A DNA stretch of 35,149 nt from a bacterium (GCA_021827875.1 JAKAUA010000006.1:1-35149), one strand, 5' to 3'; positions 7,225 to 17,611 are shown, counted from the stretch's first letter. Notes: generated from the letters alone by a model not told the origin. A program made the numbers and translations.

Positions 7225-9255
7225 TTAACCTTGGACATATTTTTCTATCATTTCAGAAATTATCTGTTGATCCGTAATAGGACGCAAAAGACGATGATAC
7301 ACATAGACATCATTACCTTTTTTTCCAAACGTATATTCTGCACGACATACTATTATTTGGCCATCTTTCTTTTGACGAATCACTAATCCTGTCAGCGCCT
7401 CGTCCGTTTCTCCCCGTATATTCAAAATGGGCACATAATGTCCAAATTGCTGCATGAGATAGTCAAGTTTTTGTGCAAAAGTATGATTATAGGCCATTTT
7501 TATTGGTACTGCATCACCCTGCCTTAGTGCAATTCTCTCATGATATCTAAAAGGAGGTATTATCCTGCGCTTTTTATGAAGATCATCCGTCACGATAAAT
7601 AATAATTTTTCTTCCATCTTGAGATCATTGGCAACAACTATCTTTTTATCATAATCAATCTTTTCAACAGTGCTGCCATCATCAGTTGGAAACCAATCAT
7701 CATTCCAAACTTCGATTGTTCCCAACATTCCTTTGATATCAAGCTCACCAGTCTCAAGCTCTGTTATTGGTGCTGAACTCTCATGATCAGCATGCGAAGA
7801 TGTCGCCTGCGCTAGACAAGCGACAGATTTCATTGTACTAGGTTGTTTCTTTTTTATCTTGCCAGCAGCAGTAGCAGTTGCTTTAGCTTTGTTTTTCTTA
7901 GCGCTTGATCTGCTTTCGCCTTCTAGTAATTCTTGCATAGCTCGTTCACGGGTTTGTTGAGCGGCAGCATTTATCTTTGCTAAAGCAGCTTGTATTTCAG
8001 CTTCTTCACGTTCTTTTAATTGTTCTATTTCTGCTTTTATTTGAGGAAAGAAGATACCGAATTGTACCGTATCATTAACAGTGATATGGTCTATGTTTGC
8101 ACGAATTACTTTCATTGCTTCTTCTTTGTTGACAGGAATTCCTCCCAGTCCAAGCGATTGCATATAACCATATGCTAATCTTGATGCAGCATTATGTGCG
8201 CGATACTTGACAATATCATTAAAATAATCCTGCGCTTTTGTTGCATCTTGTTCTACACCATAACCAAAAGAATAAGCGATTCCCAGTTGCAGCTTAGCCA
8301 AAAATATAACTTCAAAATCACCCACTAATGATTTTTCAAGGCGGGCAATCCCTTCACTATTTTTACCGCTCATAATAAGGTGGCATCCGTAAAAAACACC
8401 TATCTCATTATCTTTTTCAGCCCCTTCTTGCACAATATTCAATGCCTCTTCTTTATCGCCCGGCAATTTATCAGTCAAAATTAAACGCGCCTTATTTAAT
8501 CTTCCCATCAAAGGAAGAGTCTTACTCAATGCATCCTTCGTTTTTTGTGATAAAGGAGACATAGACATGCCTTCACTTTCGTGTGAGTCAGCTTGCTCAA
8601 AGAGGCGGCATGCCTGCTTAATATCAGCTTTTTTTCCCGGAATAAGACCATTCTCCCACAGATGTGCCAGGCTCAATCGTGCATACGGCTTGCTCGCATC
8701 AGTATAATAGTGTTTATATTCCTTTAATCTTAAAGCATTCTCAAGTAGTGAATAAGCTGTTGGATAATCTTGTCTATCCATTGCATATAATGCCAAACCT
8801 AAAGCACCCGCACTGAAGCCTTTCTTTTTTAAATCAGTAAAAAGCTTGTTTGCTTGCGTATGCGCAGTATTATCTTCTTTGCTAAAATGATCTCTATAAA
8901 GAAGCGCTAAAAGATCTTGCGCGGCTGCAGTAAGATCTTCATCGATGCCTGCAATTGCCACTTCCAAATGTTCTTTAGCCTTTTTAGGATCATATGATGC
9001 TTTATGCACTAACTTTGTACCGGTAAAAAAATTTTCCACCTGCGGAATCAATAAAGTAGCGCCTGGTTGATTACTCTTCTTAATCTGTGCTATACATGCT
9101 TCATATAAAGGTTTAGTATCGCCTTGATTTGCCATTTCCAGTAATTCTCGCATATGGTCATCCATTGCCGCGCAAGAATTCCAGATTAATAAAATAAATA
9201 TAAGATAGAGTGCTTTAATATGATTTGTTTTAAATAAGATATGAACAATAAGCAT
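7225..9255 (-). CDS. secreted Sel1-like-repeat (SLR/TPR) protein with coiled-coil linker and unassigned C-terminal domain
   Basis: 676 aa with a hydrophobic N-terminal signal. Several SLR units (for example LSLAHLWENGLIPGKKADIKQACRLFEQA, LQLGIAYSFGYGVEQDATKAQDYFNDIV). Then an EIEQLKEREEAEIQAALAKINAAAQQ coiled coil, a basic patch AKKNKAKATATAAGKIKKKQ, and a C-terminal domain of about 180 aa that I cannot assign. Confidence 0.7.
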   Translation of the reverse strand: MLIVHILFKTNHIKALYLIFILLIWNSCAAMDDHMRELLEMANQGDTKPLYEACIAQIKKSNQPGATLLIPQVENFFTGTKLVHKASYDPKKAKEHLEVAIAGIDEDLTAAAQDLLALLYRDHFSKEDNTAHTQANKLFTDLKKKGFSAGALGLALYAMDRQDYPTAYSLLENALRLKEYKHYYTDASKPYARLSLAHLWENGLIPGKKADIKQACRLFEQADSHESEGMSMSPLSQKTKDALSKTLPLMGRLNKARLILTDKLPGDKEEALNIVQEGAEKDNEIGVFYGCHLIMSGKNSEGIARLEKSLVGDFEVIFLAKLQLGIAYSFGYGVEQDATKAQDYFNDIVKYRAHNAASRLAYGYMQSLGLGGIPVNKEEAMKVIRANIDHITVNDTVQFGIFFPQIKAEIEQLKEREEAEIQAALAKINAAAQQTRERAMQELLEGESRSSAKKNKAKATATAAGKIKKKQPSTMKSVACLAQATSSHADHESSAPITELETGELDIKGMLGTIEVWNDDWFPTDDGSTVEKIDYDKKIVVANDLKMEEKLLFIVTDDLHKKRRIIPPFRYHERIALRQGDAVPIKMAYNHTFAQKLDYLMQQFGHYVPILNIRGETDEALTGLVIRQKKDGQIIVCRAEYTFGKKGNDVYVYHRLLRPITDQQIISEMIEKYVQG

Positions 9256-9311
9256 GATACTTTTTCACCATTTAAGTTAACCGACATTACAAAACTTAAG
9301 CAACTTAGTTA

Positions 9312-11102
9312 CTACTCATTTTCATTTGTTTGTTGATCCCACAGGCGGCGATAAATGCCTTGCTTTGCCAACAATTCTGTGTGAGTTCCTTGTTCTGCGA
9401 CATGTCCTTCTTGCAGCACTACAATATGATCTGCATTAACTACGGTTGAAAGACGATGTGCTATGATGATGGTTGTCGAATCTTTAGATATCTCATCAAT
9501 ATTTTTTTGAATTTCTCGTTCTGTTCTCGTATCGAGTGCTGATGTTGCCTCATCAAAAATATACATATGCGGTGATTTTACTAACACGCGTGCAATGGCC
9601 ACACGCTGTTTTTCTCCGCCTGATAATTTTAACCCTCGTTCACCTACCTTAGTTTCTATACCATCAGGCAATTCACAAAGTAAAGCATCTAAATGCGCCA
9701 GTTGAATTGCTTGCTCAATTTGATTCGCTGATGCATTAATATTACCATAGGCAATATTATAATAGAGGGTATTGTTAAAAAGCATGGTATCTTGGGGCAC
9801 TACGCCAATGAGAGCACGTAATGATTCTTGTGTAATGTCACGCACATCAACACCATTCACCAAAATACGGCCGCTAGTAACATCATACAATCTCATAAGC
9901 AAACGAGTAATGGTCGACTTGCCCGACCCGGTAGATCCAACAATAGCTACTGTTTTGCCGGCAGGTATTCGAAATGAGACCCCTTTTAATATGGGGCGCT
10001 GCGAGTCGTATCCAAAAAACACATTATCAAAGGTAATCTCAACCATTTCGGCACTTAAAACTTTAGCGTTCGTACGGTCAACAATTTCGGGTTTAATTTC
10101 TAGCAACTTGATTGCTTCTTCCATGTCACCCAAACCACGTCTAATATGGCGCAAAATGATACCAAAAAAGCTGAGCGGATAGATAAATTGCAACAAATAA
10201 CTATTAATTAAAACAAAATCCCCCGTTTTCATAGTGCCATTTAAAACAGCTGTACCTGAAATCCAGGTAAAAATGAGCAGTCCTAACCCCATAATAATAC
10301 CTTGGCCCATATGAACCAATTCTGAATGTATATTGCGCTTAGTTAATGCATTTTCAAGCTCTACGAGCGTTTGGTTAGTTTCATCATGCTCAAGCTGTTG
10401 ATTGTTAAAATATTTTACTGTTTCAAAGTTCAAGAGGCTATCGACCATTCGTGCGGCAACCTGTTCTTCTTTTTGCAAGCTTAAGGTCAATGCTTTGGAC
10501 GACCAATCAATACCGACAATGCTAAATATCACGTATAAGCTTAAAATCAAAAATAACAAAAGCCCATACACAAAAGAATAAAAATACCAAAGCACGCCGA
10601 CTGCTATAATAATTTCTATAATAGTGGGTAATAAAAAGATAAAAACTTCTAAGAAAATATCAGGAAATGCTCGCTGTAAACGAGAAATAATAGTTGCGAT
10701 TGCGCCTGTTTTTCGCTCAAGGTGAAAACGCAAAGACAGAGATTGTAGATGATCAAAAACCGCTATGCTCAACTTGCGCACCCCGCGCCCAATAACGCGT
10801 GCTAAGACAATCTCACGCATTTGCAAGGTGATTTTACTGCAAACCCAGGTGGCACCATATACAATAAAAAGTAACTGCACCATGCCGGCAGGAGTGCCAA
10901 TACACGCCGATAACTCATTGATAATCTGCTTGAATATAAGGGGAATACTCATATTAAGGCACATGGTAACTATTACAAATAATGATGCCCAAACGAGGCG
11001 TAAACGTATGCCAAGCTCGCTACCGTTCCATAAATAATGGAAAATGAGCCGAATAATTTTGCCGTACTCTCTTTTCCCCCAAAAATGCAGGTCTATTGCC
11101 AT
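9312..11102 (-). CDS. ABC exporter, fused permease-ATPase, Atm1/HMT1-like
   Basis: 596 aa. N-terminal six-helix TMD opening with YLWNGSELGIRLRLVWASLF...LNMSIPLIFKQIIN (Atm1-type leader). Walker A GSTGSGKST, signature LSGGEKQRVAIAR, Walker B IFDEATSALD, H-loop IIIAHRL. Confidence 0.85.
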   Translation of the reverse strand: MAIDLHFWGKREYGKIIRLIFHYLWNGSELGIRLRLVWASLFVIVTMCLNMSIPLIFKQIINELSACIGTPAGMVQLLFIVYGATWVCSKITLQMREIVLARVIGRGVRKLSIAVFDHLQSLSLRFHLERKTGAIATIISRLQRAFPDIFLEVFIFLLPTIIEIIIAVGVLWYFYSFVYGLLLFLILSLYVIFSIVGIDWSSKALTLSLQKEEQVAARMVDSLLNFETVKYFNNQQLEHDETNQTLVELENALTKRNIHSELVHMGQGIIMGLGLLIFTWISGTAVLNGTMKTGDFVLINSYLLQFIYPLSFFGIILRHIRRGLGDMEEAIKLLEIKPEIVDRTNAKVLSAEMVEITFDNVFFGYDSQRPILKGVSFRIPAGKTVAIVGSTGSGKSTITRLLMRLYDVTSGRILVNGVDVRDITQESLRALIGVVPQDTMLFNNTLYYNIAYGNINASANQIEQAIQLAHLDALLCELPDGIETKVGERGLKLSGGEKQRVAIARVLVKSPHMYIFDEATSALDTRTEREIQKNIDEISKDSTTIIIAHRLSTVVNADHIVVLQEGHVAEQGTHTELLAKQGIYRRLWDQQTNENE

Positions 11103-11260
11103 GCTAAATCCCTTTTATTACAAAAAACGATGCGTCATCCCTAACAATTATTTATATTACAACATACTCTTCATATTTGACACTACTTTATAAAAAAGAG
11201 ATTAAAAATTTTTAGTGGGAAAAAAGAAAAGAATTGGCTTGTAAAAGATAAAAATGATAC

Positions 11261-11962
11261 CTATTTTTTCTCAAAAATAGTGATGCCAAAGAAGCGCAGT
11301 ATAAGTGGAATACATGCAATTAATGCGAGCGCTACGAATGCTAGGATAATTTTTAATGAAAATATATCATGAGCAGAATTGAGATTCTGTAATTGGCTTC
11401 CCGCAAATGCAAATACTACTATACCGGGAACAAGACCTAAAAAAGTTGTCCATGCAAACGTCCAGGTTGAAATAGTGGTTAATCCCGCCACAATATTTAA
11501 TAAAAAAAGCGGAACTATGGTAACAAAGTGAATGAAAACTAAAAATTGTGCGCCATAATGTGCCACTGCCCGATTAAAGGCGCTCAGATAATGGCCATAC
11601 TTTTGTTGAAAAAAAGCTCCAATAAAATAGCGCACACTCCAAAATGCCAAAACAGATCCTGCTGTCGAAGCAAGCGTACTGAACAGGGCGCCAGACAACG
11701 TGCCAAAAAGAAATCCACCCGCTACCGCGAATAAAAAAGCTGCCGGCATAGAAGTAGCAACCGCTACAGCATAAATAGCCATAAAGATGCATAGAGAAAT
11801 CAAGTAATGGCGTTCAACATACAACTGTAAATAAGCGCTATGCTGTTTTAATTCCTCAAATGACAAAAAAGTAAACAATCCTGATGCATGTAACACAATA
11901 ATACCCGCGATAACGAGCACACCAATTAAGAGGCGCTTTGTTAGTTTATTCATCATACTCAC
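11261..11962 (-). CDS. TVP38/TMEM64 (DedA-related, 'SNARE-associated') family membrane protein
   Basis: 233 aa multi-pass membrane protein. Family-typical core MPAAFLFAVAGGFLFGTLSGALFSTLASTAGSVLAFWSVRYF and later IVPLFLLNIVAGLTTIS. Tandem paralog of the next gene. Confidence 0.7.
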   Translation of the reverse strand: MSMMNKLTKRLLIGVLVIAGIIVLHASGLFTFLSFEELKQHSAYLQLYVERHYLISLCIFMAIYAVAVATSMPAAFLFAVAGGFLFGTLSGALFSTLASTAGSVLAFWSVRYFIGAFFQQKYGHYLSAFNRAVAHYGAQFLVFIHFVTIVPLFLLNIVAGLTTISTWTFAWTTFLGLVPGIVVFAFAGSQLQNLNSAHDIFSLKIILAFVALALIACIPLILRFFGITIFEKK

Positions 11963-11972
11963 CGTTTGCTTC

Positions 11973-12659
11973 TTAGATATGATAATATTTTTTTATGCGT
12001 TTTATTGCCACAGGAATAAGAGATAACAATGCTAAAATAAGCAACATGCCAATTGTTTGCCATGACAATAAATCATGCATTGACTTTATAGAACCCAATC
12101 TACTTCCCGCCGCAACATACACAATCAGAAAGGGCAATGTTCCTAATGCAGTTGTCCATATCATAGTTTTTAGCGGAAGATCTGCCAAAATTGCCACCGA
12201 ATTGATCACAAAAAAAGGAACGATTCCTAAAAATTGTAGCATGAGTAGATAGCTTGCACCGCCTTTTTTGAGCTCATGCTCAAATTTAGCAAATTTGGTT
12301 TTATACTTTTCTTTAATGAGGTTATAAAAAAATGATCTATAAATAAGAAAGGAGGTAATTGCACCAAGAACTGCGCCTACTTCACTATAAATAACGCCAT
12401 ACACCGTTCCAAATAAATAGCCGGCTACCAGAGCAAATAGCGGTACCAATGGCAACCCGAACAGTAAAACGACAATGAGTGCTAAAACATAAGCAGCAAC
12501 GCCGCCAACATAGTGACGTGATACAAAATCTTTGAACATGCCGCTATGCATTTGAAACATTTCTAGTGATACATATTTGGCTATGAAAAAGCGATATGTG
12601 CAATATATTGCCGCTATGACAACCACACACCAGAGTAGTTTTTTTATACCGGAATTCAT
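11973..12659 (-). CDS. TVP38/TMEM64 (DedA-related) family membrane protein, tandem paralog
   Basis: 228 aa with the same architecture: LPLVPLFALVAGYLFGTVYGVIYSEVGAVLGAITSFLIYRSF and IVPFFVINSVAILADLP. Confidence 0.7.
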   Translation of the reverse strand: MNSGIKKLLWCVVVIAAIYCTYRFFIAKYVSLEMFQMHSGMFKDFVSRHYVGGVAAYVLALIVVLLFGLPLVPLFALVAGYLFGTVYGVIYSEVGAVLGAITSFLIYRSFFYNLIKEKYKTKFAKFEHELKKGGASYLLMLQFLGIVPFFVINSVAILADLPLKTMIWTTALGTLPFLIVYVAAGSRLGSIKSMHDLLSWQTIGMLLILALLSLIPVAIKRIKKYYHI

Positions 12660-12737
12660 TGTCCCTTAGCCCCGATCATTTTTCCGACGTTTATAATAAA
12701 TAAGTATATAAAAAAGTGATTTATTATTACTAGTGTT

Positions 12738-13523
12738 CTAGTTATTACTGCTGTAACCAATCTGCTTTGGTTGATTTGACGACTGAGGTGTAACCATTAA
12801 ACCGGATAATGCTAAGCTTCTTGGTATTTGATTAATACCATTCATAACAGCATTGTGTTGATTAGCTAGTTGCCGTTCAATCCTGTTTTGAAATGCAATT
12901 AATCGATCGTTAACCGGATTAATTTTTTGTTGAATGTCTTCTCTAGTTGGCAGTTGAGCAATTCTTTCTTCCAATGCACCCAAGCTAGCTTGAAATGTAG
13001 ACATTTGAGTTCTTAATGCATCTAATTGCTCTTCAAACTGCCGTACCAGTACATTAGTATCGCTCGATGAAGAAGCAACTTCGGCAAGTAATTTCTCTGC
13101 TTTTCCAATCGCTGTTCCCATCGCGAGTAATTTTTGATTCATCTCTTCACGAGCTTCTTGCGCATTTGTAAGACCAAGCTCTACATCTGTCTGCAATGTA
13201 GAAAATTGTTGTTGTAAATCAGAAAAATGACTTAAAATTTCGCTGCTTTTATTTGCAAAACTAAGCTGTAAATCTCCAACTTTTTTATCCACACCATCAA
13301 CTTTTCCGTTCAACGCGCTAACTTTTTGATCTACTACATCAACTTTTGCTTCAACACGCCTTACACTGGCAAAATGATCTCTTGCTCTATATGCGAGTAG
13401 GCCTCCTGCCATTACTATCAATGGTAATACTTTTGCCACAGGCCATAATTCCATCGCTTGTGATGATGTCATAAACATATTCATCGCAAGACATATAAGT
13501 ACTATTTTATTTTTTAGATTCAT
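12738..13523 (-). CDS. membrane-anchored coiled-coil protein, unknown function
   Basis: 261 aa with a signal-like N-terminus plus a hydrophobic helix (VLPLIVMAGGLLAY). Then four consecutive heptads with fixed KV (EAKVDVV DQKVSAL NGKVDGV DKKVGDL) and a long Q/E/L-rich coiled coil. Confidence 0.5.
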   Translation of the reverse strand: MNLKNKIVLICLAMNMFMTSSQAMELWPVAKVLPLIVMAGGLLAYRARDHFASVRRVEAKVDVVDQKVSALNGKVDGVDKKVGDLQLSFANKSSEILSHFSDLQQQFSTLQTDVELGLTNAQEAREEMNQKLLAMGTAIGKAEKLLAEVASSSSDTNVLVRQFEEQLDALRTQMSTFQASLGALEERIAQLPTREDIQQKINPVNDRLIAFQNRIERQLANQHNAVMNGINQIPRSLALSGLMVTPQSSNQPKQIGYSSNN

Positions 13524-13593
13524 AGCATTCCATAAGTAAAAATTAGGAAAAACATTTTAAACAAGCAGTTTATTACTACTGTGCGCTTGAATA

Positions 13594-13623
13594 TTGCAAA
13601 GTATAAGTCATTTTAATTAAAAT
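13594..13623 (+). promoter_or_regulatory. sigma70-like promoter candidate for the + strand membrane protein gene
   Basis: TTGCAA (13594-13599), 18-nt spacer, TAAAAT (13618-13623), about 40 nt upstream of the ATG at 13662. Motif match only. Confidence 0.25.
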
Positions 13624-13661
13624 GCCAAAAGAAAAGGTTTTTTGAAAAATAAGGGTTTTAC

Positions 13662-14330
13662 ATGTGTTTTTCTGCTAACGTAAGTTTTCTAGCTGCCGGT
13701 GTACTCAGCGTCATTGGTTTACTCAGCCTTTATATTTCACGTACACGAGCAGAAAAGACAATTGCCTGCACACCGCTCTTTTTTGCCATACAACAAGCAA
13801 CTGAAGGGCTCGTCTGGCTAACCTTACCTGTGGGTACCGGCCTTATTGCGTATTTGGGTGTCTATGCATATCTTTTTTTTGTCTTTATTTTTTGGCCTCT
13901 CTGGATGCCAATCGCAGTCTCATTCTATGAGAATGAATGGAAGCGAAAAATTGCTATGTATTGCTGCACAGCGGCCGGCGGATGTTTAGCATTATATTTC
14001 TTATATATATTGCTTTTATATGGTGCCAATGCACAGATAGAAGGGCACCATATAAAATATGCTTTTAATGCTCATTTTACTTTTTTTGAAGAACTCATAG
14101 GAAATGCGTTTTACTGCGTCGCCGTTCTAGTGCCATTGTTTATTTGCAGCAAGCCTCGTGTCTGGTATTTCGGAGCTGCATTGGCCGCTTCGTATGTTAT
14201 TACATACATTTTTTATTATGCTGCATTTACTTCCGTATGGTGCTTTTTTGGCGCATTATTAAGCCTTTTAACGCTCTATATTATTTATTACAATCAACAC
14301 AGAGAAAAACACATCCATAAAAAACACTAA
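13662..14330 (+). CDS. polytopic integral membrane protein, unknown function
   Basis: 222 aa starting MCFSANVSFLAAG, with about 6-7 hydrophobic helices. It is the only + strand gene within about 30 kb. Its stop overlaps the sufS stop by 4 nt in convergent orientation. Confidence 0.55.
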   Translation: MCFSANVSFLAAGVLSVIGLLSLYISRTRAEKTIACTPLFFAIQQATEGLVWLTLPVGTGLIAYLGVYAYLFFVFIFWPLWMPIAVSFYENEWKRKIAMYCCTAAGGCLALYFLYILLLYGANAQIEGHHIKYAFNAHFTFFEELIGNAFYCVAVLVPLFICSKPRVWYFGAALAASYVITYIFYYAAFTSVWCFFGALLSLLTLYIIYYNQHREKHIHKKH

Positions 14331-15526
14331 GCCAGTAATTTATGCAATGTCGCAATAAGCGCATCCACTTCTTCTGTTGAGTTGTATGCATAAAAACTGA
14401 CACGTACCATGGCCTCAACTTGTAAAAAACATGCCAATGGCTGTGCGCAATGTTGCCCGGCGCGCACGCAAATCCCTTGTTGCCCTACATAGGCAGCAAT
14501 GTCATGCGCATGATGACCATCAACTACAAAGCTTACCAAATGTCCTTTTTCTTTGAGCTGTTCGATAGGTCCCATTATTTTTATCTGCTTTAAATCTTGT
14601 AAGCCATCGATCAAGCGCGCGCAGAGTGCTGCCTCATGCTGTCGCAACGCATCAAAATTAATGTTGTTTTTAATATAACGTACTGCGGCGCACAAACCCA
14701 CTGCCTGTGCAATCGGTGGCGTTCCCGCTTCAAATTTTTGTGGTGCTTTGAGCCACGTTGCACTGTATTCAGATGCTTGTGCTATCATACCACCACCAAA
14801 CTGATAGGGCTGTATAAGATCATGCAGATCTTTTTTGATATATAAGCCACCAATACCTGTTGGACCAAGCATTTTGTGCCCTGAAAAGGCAAGAAAATCG
14901 CAATCTAATTCTTTAACATCTACTGCTTGGTGCGCTACTGATTGTGCCGCATCAATTAAAAACAATGCACCTACTTGACGTGCATAGTCACGCAAAGCAT
15001 GCACATCGTTATGAATGCCTAACACATTACTTATGTGCGACACGGCAATAATTTTTGTTTTTTTATTGATTAAATGCGGAACTTGATCCATCTGTAAAGT
15101 GCCGTCCCGATACAGCGGAATCGCTTTTATTACCGCGCCCTTGCGTTTTGCAACCTGTTGCCAAGGAATAATATTTGAATGGTGATCCATGGTACTGATA
15201 ATAATTTCATCACCTTCATTTAGATAATCATTACCCCACGCCGTTGCAACAAAATTAATGCTTTCTGTTGTTCCTTTGGTAAAGATAAGCTCATTAGCTT
15301 GCGCACCTATAAATTGTGCAACTTCAGCGCGTGCATCTTCGTATAATTGCGTAGCTTGTTCTGCTAATGCGTAAATTCCACGATGCACATTTGCATTGGA
15401 ATGAGTATAAAATTTTGTTAATGCATCAACTACTACTTGAGGCTTTTGTGTTGTTGCGGCGTTATCAAGATACATAATGTTCTGTTGTAGCAACGGAAAA
15501 TCTTGTTTGATTTTTGCACTATCCAT
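14327..15526 (-). CDS. sufS: cysteine desulfurase SufS (class II aminotransferase V)
   Basis: 399 aa. PLP-lysine motif FSGHKMLGPTGIGGLY, active-site loop RAGQHCAQP, and operon position after sufD. Confidence 0.9.
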   Translation of the reverse strand: MDSAKIKQDFPLLQQNIMYLDNAATTQKPQVVVDALTKFYTHSNANVHRGIYALAEQATQLYEDARAEVAQFIGAQANELIFTKGTTESINFVATAWGNDYLNEGDEIIISTMDHHSNIIPWQQVAKRKGAVIKAIPLYRDGTLQMDQVPHLINKKTKIIAVSHISNVLGIHNDVHALRDYARQVGALFLIDAAQSVAHQAVDVKELDCDFLAFSGHKMLGPTGIGGLYIKKDLHDLIQPYQFGGGMIAQASEYSATWLKAPQKFEAGTPPIAQAVGLCAAVRYIKNNINFDALRQHEAALCARLIDGLQDLKQIKIMGPIEQLKEKGHLVSFVVDGHHAHDIAAYVGQQGICVRAGQHCAQPLACFLQVEAMVRVSFYAYNSTEEVDALIATLHKLLA

Positions 15527-16259
15527 TATGCTCCTTCTCTATCTTTTTCATTATTTTTTCTATTATTTCTTCGTACTCTGACGTAGATAATTCTTGTAAC
15601 ACATCAGCTATAAATCCTTGCAGTAATAAATGTCGCGCCTGTCTTTGCGCCATTCCTCTACTCATTAAATAAAGTAATTGATTGCTATCTATCGGCCCCG
15701 TTGCACTACCGTGAGAACATTTTACTTCATTAGTCTGGACTTCTAAGCTTGGTCTGGCATAGGCACGGGCATATTCAGACAATAACATATTTTTATTTTG
15801 TTGTGCTGCAGTAGTATTGTGTGCTTGTTTGTCAACACTAATAAGTCCTTCGTACTTCAATTGTGCATAATCTGCAAGCAAAGCTTTAACTATTACCTGG
15901 CTTTGTGTATGCGATGCGCTATGTTTTTGTACTGTTTTTATGGTTATTGATTCGTGAGCATCCAATGCGATAATGCTTTTAACTTCTGCGTCTGCTCCAT
16001 CACCATGCAAGAGCAATTCAATGGTAATGGTTTCTATCGTCTGTTCTGTTACACAAAGATATATTTGCGCACGTGCATTGCGTAATAAAGTAATATGCAC
16101 GGTGTTATTTTGAATTTTAGCAGTTGCATTTTGCAAAATAATAGTTGAGCTCACATTTTCTTCAATGGTAAGGACCGTGTCATCATGTGACAATACAATA
16201 TACATTGTATTGGAGGTGGACTCTGCTGTAATTTTTGTTGATGCACTCGCGTAGTTCAT
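15519..16259 (-). CDS. sufD: Fe-S cluster assembly protein SufD, short form
   Basis: 246 aa. Position between sufB and sufS with ATGA-type overlaps. The C-terminal region ...[39 protein letters not shown] parallels the SufB C-terminus ([34 protein letters not shown]). Confidence 0.75.
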   Translation of the reverse strand: MNYASASTKITAESTSNTMYIVLSHDDTVLTIEENVSSTIILQNATAKIQNNTVHITLLRNARAQIYLCVTEQTIETITIELLLHGDGADAEVKSIIALDAHESITIKTVQKHSASHTQSQVIVKALLADYAQLKYEGLISVDKQAHNTTAAQQNKNMLLSEYARAYARPSLEVQTNEVKCSHGSATGPIDSNQLLYLMSRGMAQRQARHLLLQGFIADVLQELSTSEYEEIIEKIMKKIEKEHNG

Positions 16260-17611
16260 CCTATTGATCCTTCCATTTCCATGGCAATCAAGCGATTAAT
16301 TTCAACGGCATATTCCATAGGCAACTCTTTTACAAAAGCATCAATAAAGCCATTCACTATCAAGGCACGCGCCGTCGCCTGACTCAACCCTCGACTCATT
16401 AAATAAAAAATCTGTTCATCACTCAATTTACTTACTGACGCCTCATGTCCCACATCAGCCGTTGCGCAGTTAACTTCAACGGTAGGATACGTATCTGAGC
16501 GCGACCACCTATCCATAAGCAATGCATCACATTGCACGCGCGAGCGGCTATTTTGTGCCGATTTTGCAATCTTGAGCAATCCGCGGTAACTGGCACGCCC
16601 ACCGCCACTGCTTATTGATTTTGAAATAATATTTGACGACGTATTGGGAGCAAGATGAATTACTTTGCCGCCGGCGTCTTGTTGTTGTCCTTTACCGGCT
16701 ATAGCAATGGAAATAATTTGTGCTTTTGCATTGCGTCCCTTGAGCACAACACAGGGGTATTTCATAGTAACTTTACTGCCAAAATTACCATCTATCCATT
16801 CAACCGTTGCATTTTCATACGCAATGGCACGCTTGGTAACCAAGTTATAGACATTATGCGACCAATTTTGAATAGTAGTATACCGAATTTTTGCGCCGGG
16901 CAATGCAATAAGCTCAACAACGGCCGAATGCAGAGAATTCTTGCGATACAAGGGTGCGCTGCAGCCTTCTACATAGTGCACAAAGCTGTCTTCATCAGCA
17001 ATAATTAAAGTACGTTCAAATTGCCCCATACTCGCACTATTAATGCGGAAATACGCTTGTAGTGGCATATCTATATGCACCCCTTTGGGCACATAGATAA
17101 ATGAGCCACCGCTCCATACTGCGCTATTCAACGCGGCAAATTTATTATCATGAGGCGGAATTACAGTGCCAAAGTATTTTTTAAACAGTTCAGGATGTTC
17201 GCGAATTGCGACACTCATATCCAGAAAGAGAACGCCTTGATCGGCCCATTGCTTTTTGAGTCGTTTATATACCATTTCTGATTCATATTGCGCGCCAACA
17301 CCGGCCAGAAATTGTTGCTCAGCTTGAGGAATGCCAAGTTTTTCAAAAGTATTTTTAATATCATTGGGTACATCTTTCCATGATGTCTTTTGCTCATCAA
17401 ATGGCTTGATATAATAGTGGATATCTTGATGATCCAATTCGCTTAAATCAGCACCCCATGATGGCATTGGTAATCGTTCAAAGATACTCAGCGCATTAAG
17501 GCGAAAATCAGTCATCCAGTCTAGTTCATTTTTTTGTTTTGATAATGCGGCGACAACGCTGCGGTTTAAACCCTTATCAAATTTCTGTTTGTTGGTATGC
17601 ACCATAGCCAT
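16256..17611 (-). CDS. sufB: Fe-S cluster assembly scaffold SufB
   Basis: 451 aa with conserved SufB blocks ([58 protein letters not shown]). Confidence 0.92.
   Translation of the reverse strand: MAMVHTNKQKFDKGLNRSVVAALSKQKNELDWMTDFRLNALSIFERLPMPSWGADLSELDHQDIHYYIKPFDEQKTSWKDVPNDIKNTFEKLGIPQAEQQFLAGVGAQYESEMVYKRLKKQWADQGVLFLDMSVAIREHPELFKKYFGTVIPPHDNKFAALNSAVWSGGSFIYVPKGVHIDMPLQAYFRINSASMGQFERTLIIADEDSFVHYVEGCSAPLYRKNSLHSAVVELIALPGAKIRYTTIQNWSHNVYNLVTKRAIAYENATVEWIDGNFGSKVTMKYPCVVLKGRNAKAQIISIAIAGKGQQQDAGGKVIHLAPNTSSNIISKSISSGGGRASYRGLLKIAKSAQNSRSRVQCDALLMDRWSRSDTYPTVEVNCATADVGHEASVSKLSDEQIFYLMSRGLSQATARALIVNGFIDAFVKELPMEYAVEINRLIAMEMEGSIG

Noticed and set aside
9772-10182. Antisense or out-of-frame ORFs nested in conserved genes. 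Examples: 9772-10182, 10765-11037, 16655-17008, 19290-19634, 33417-33872, 34135-34461, 2195-2494, 1758-2024.
   Set aside because: Each lies inside a gene with strong family motifs on the other strand or frame. None has motifs, a plausible RBS or independent support.
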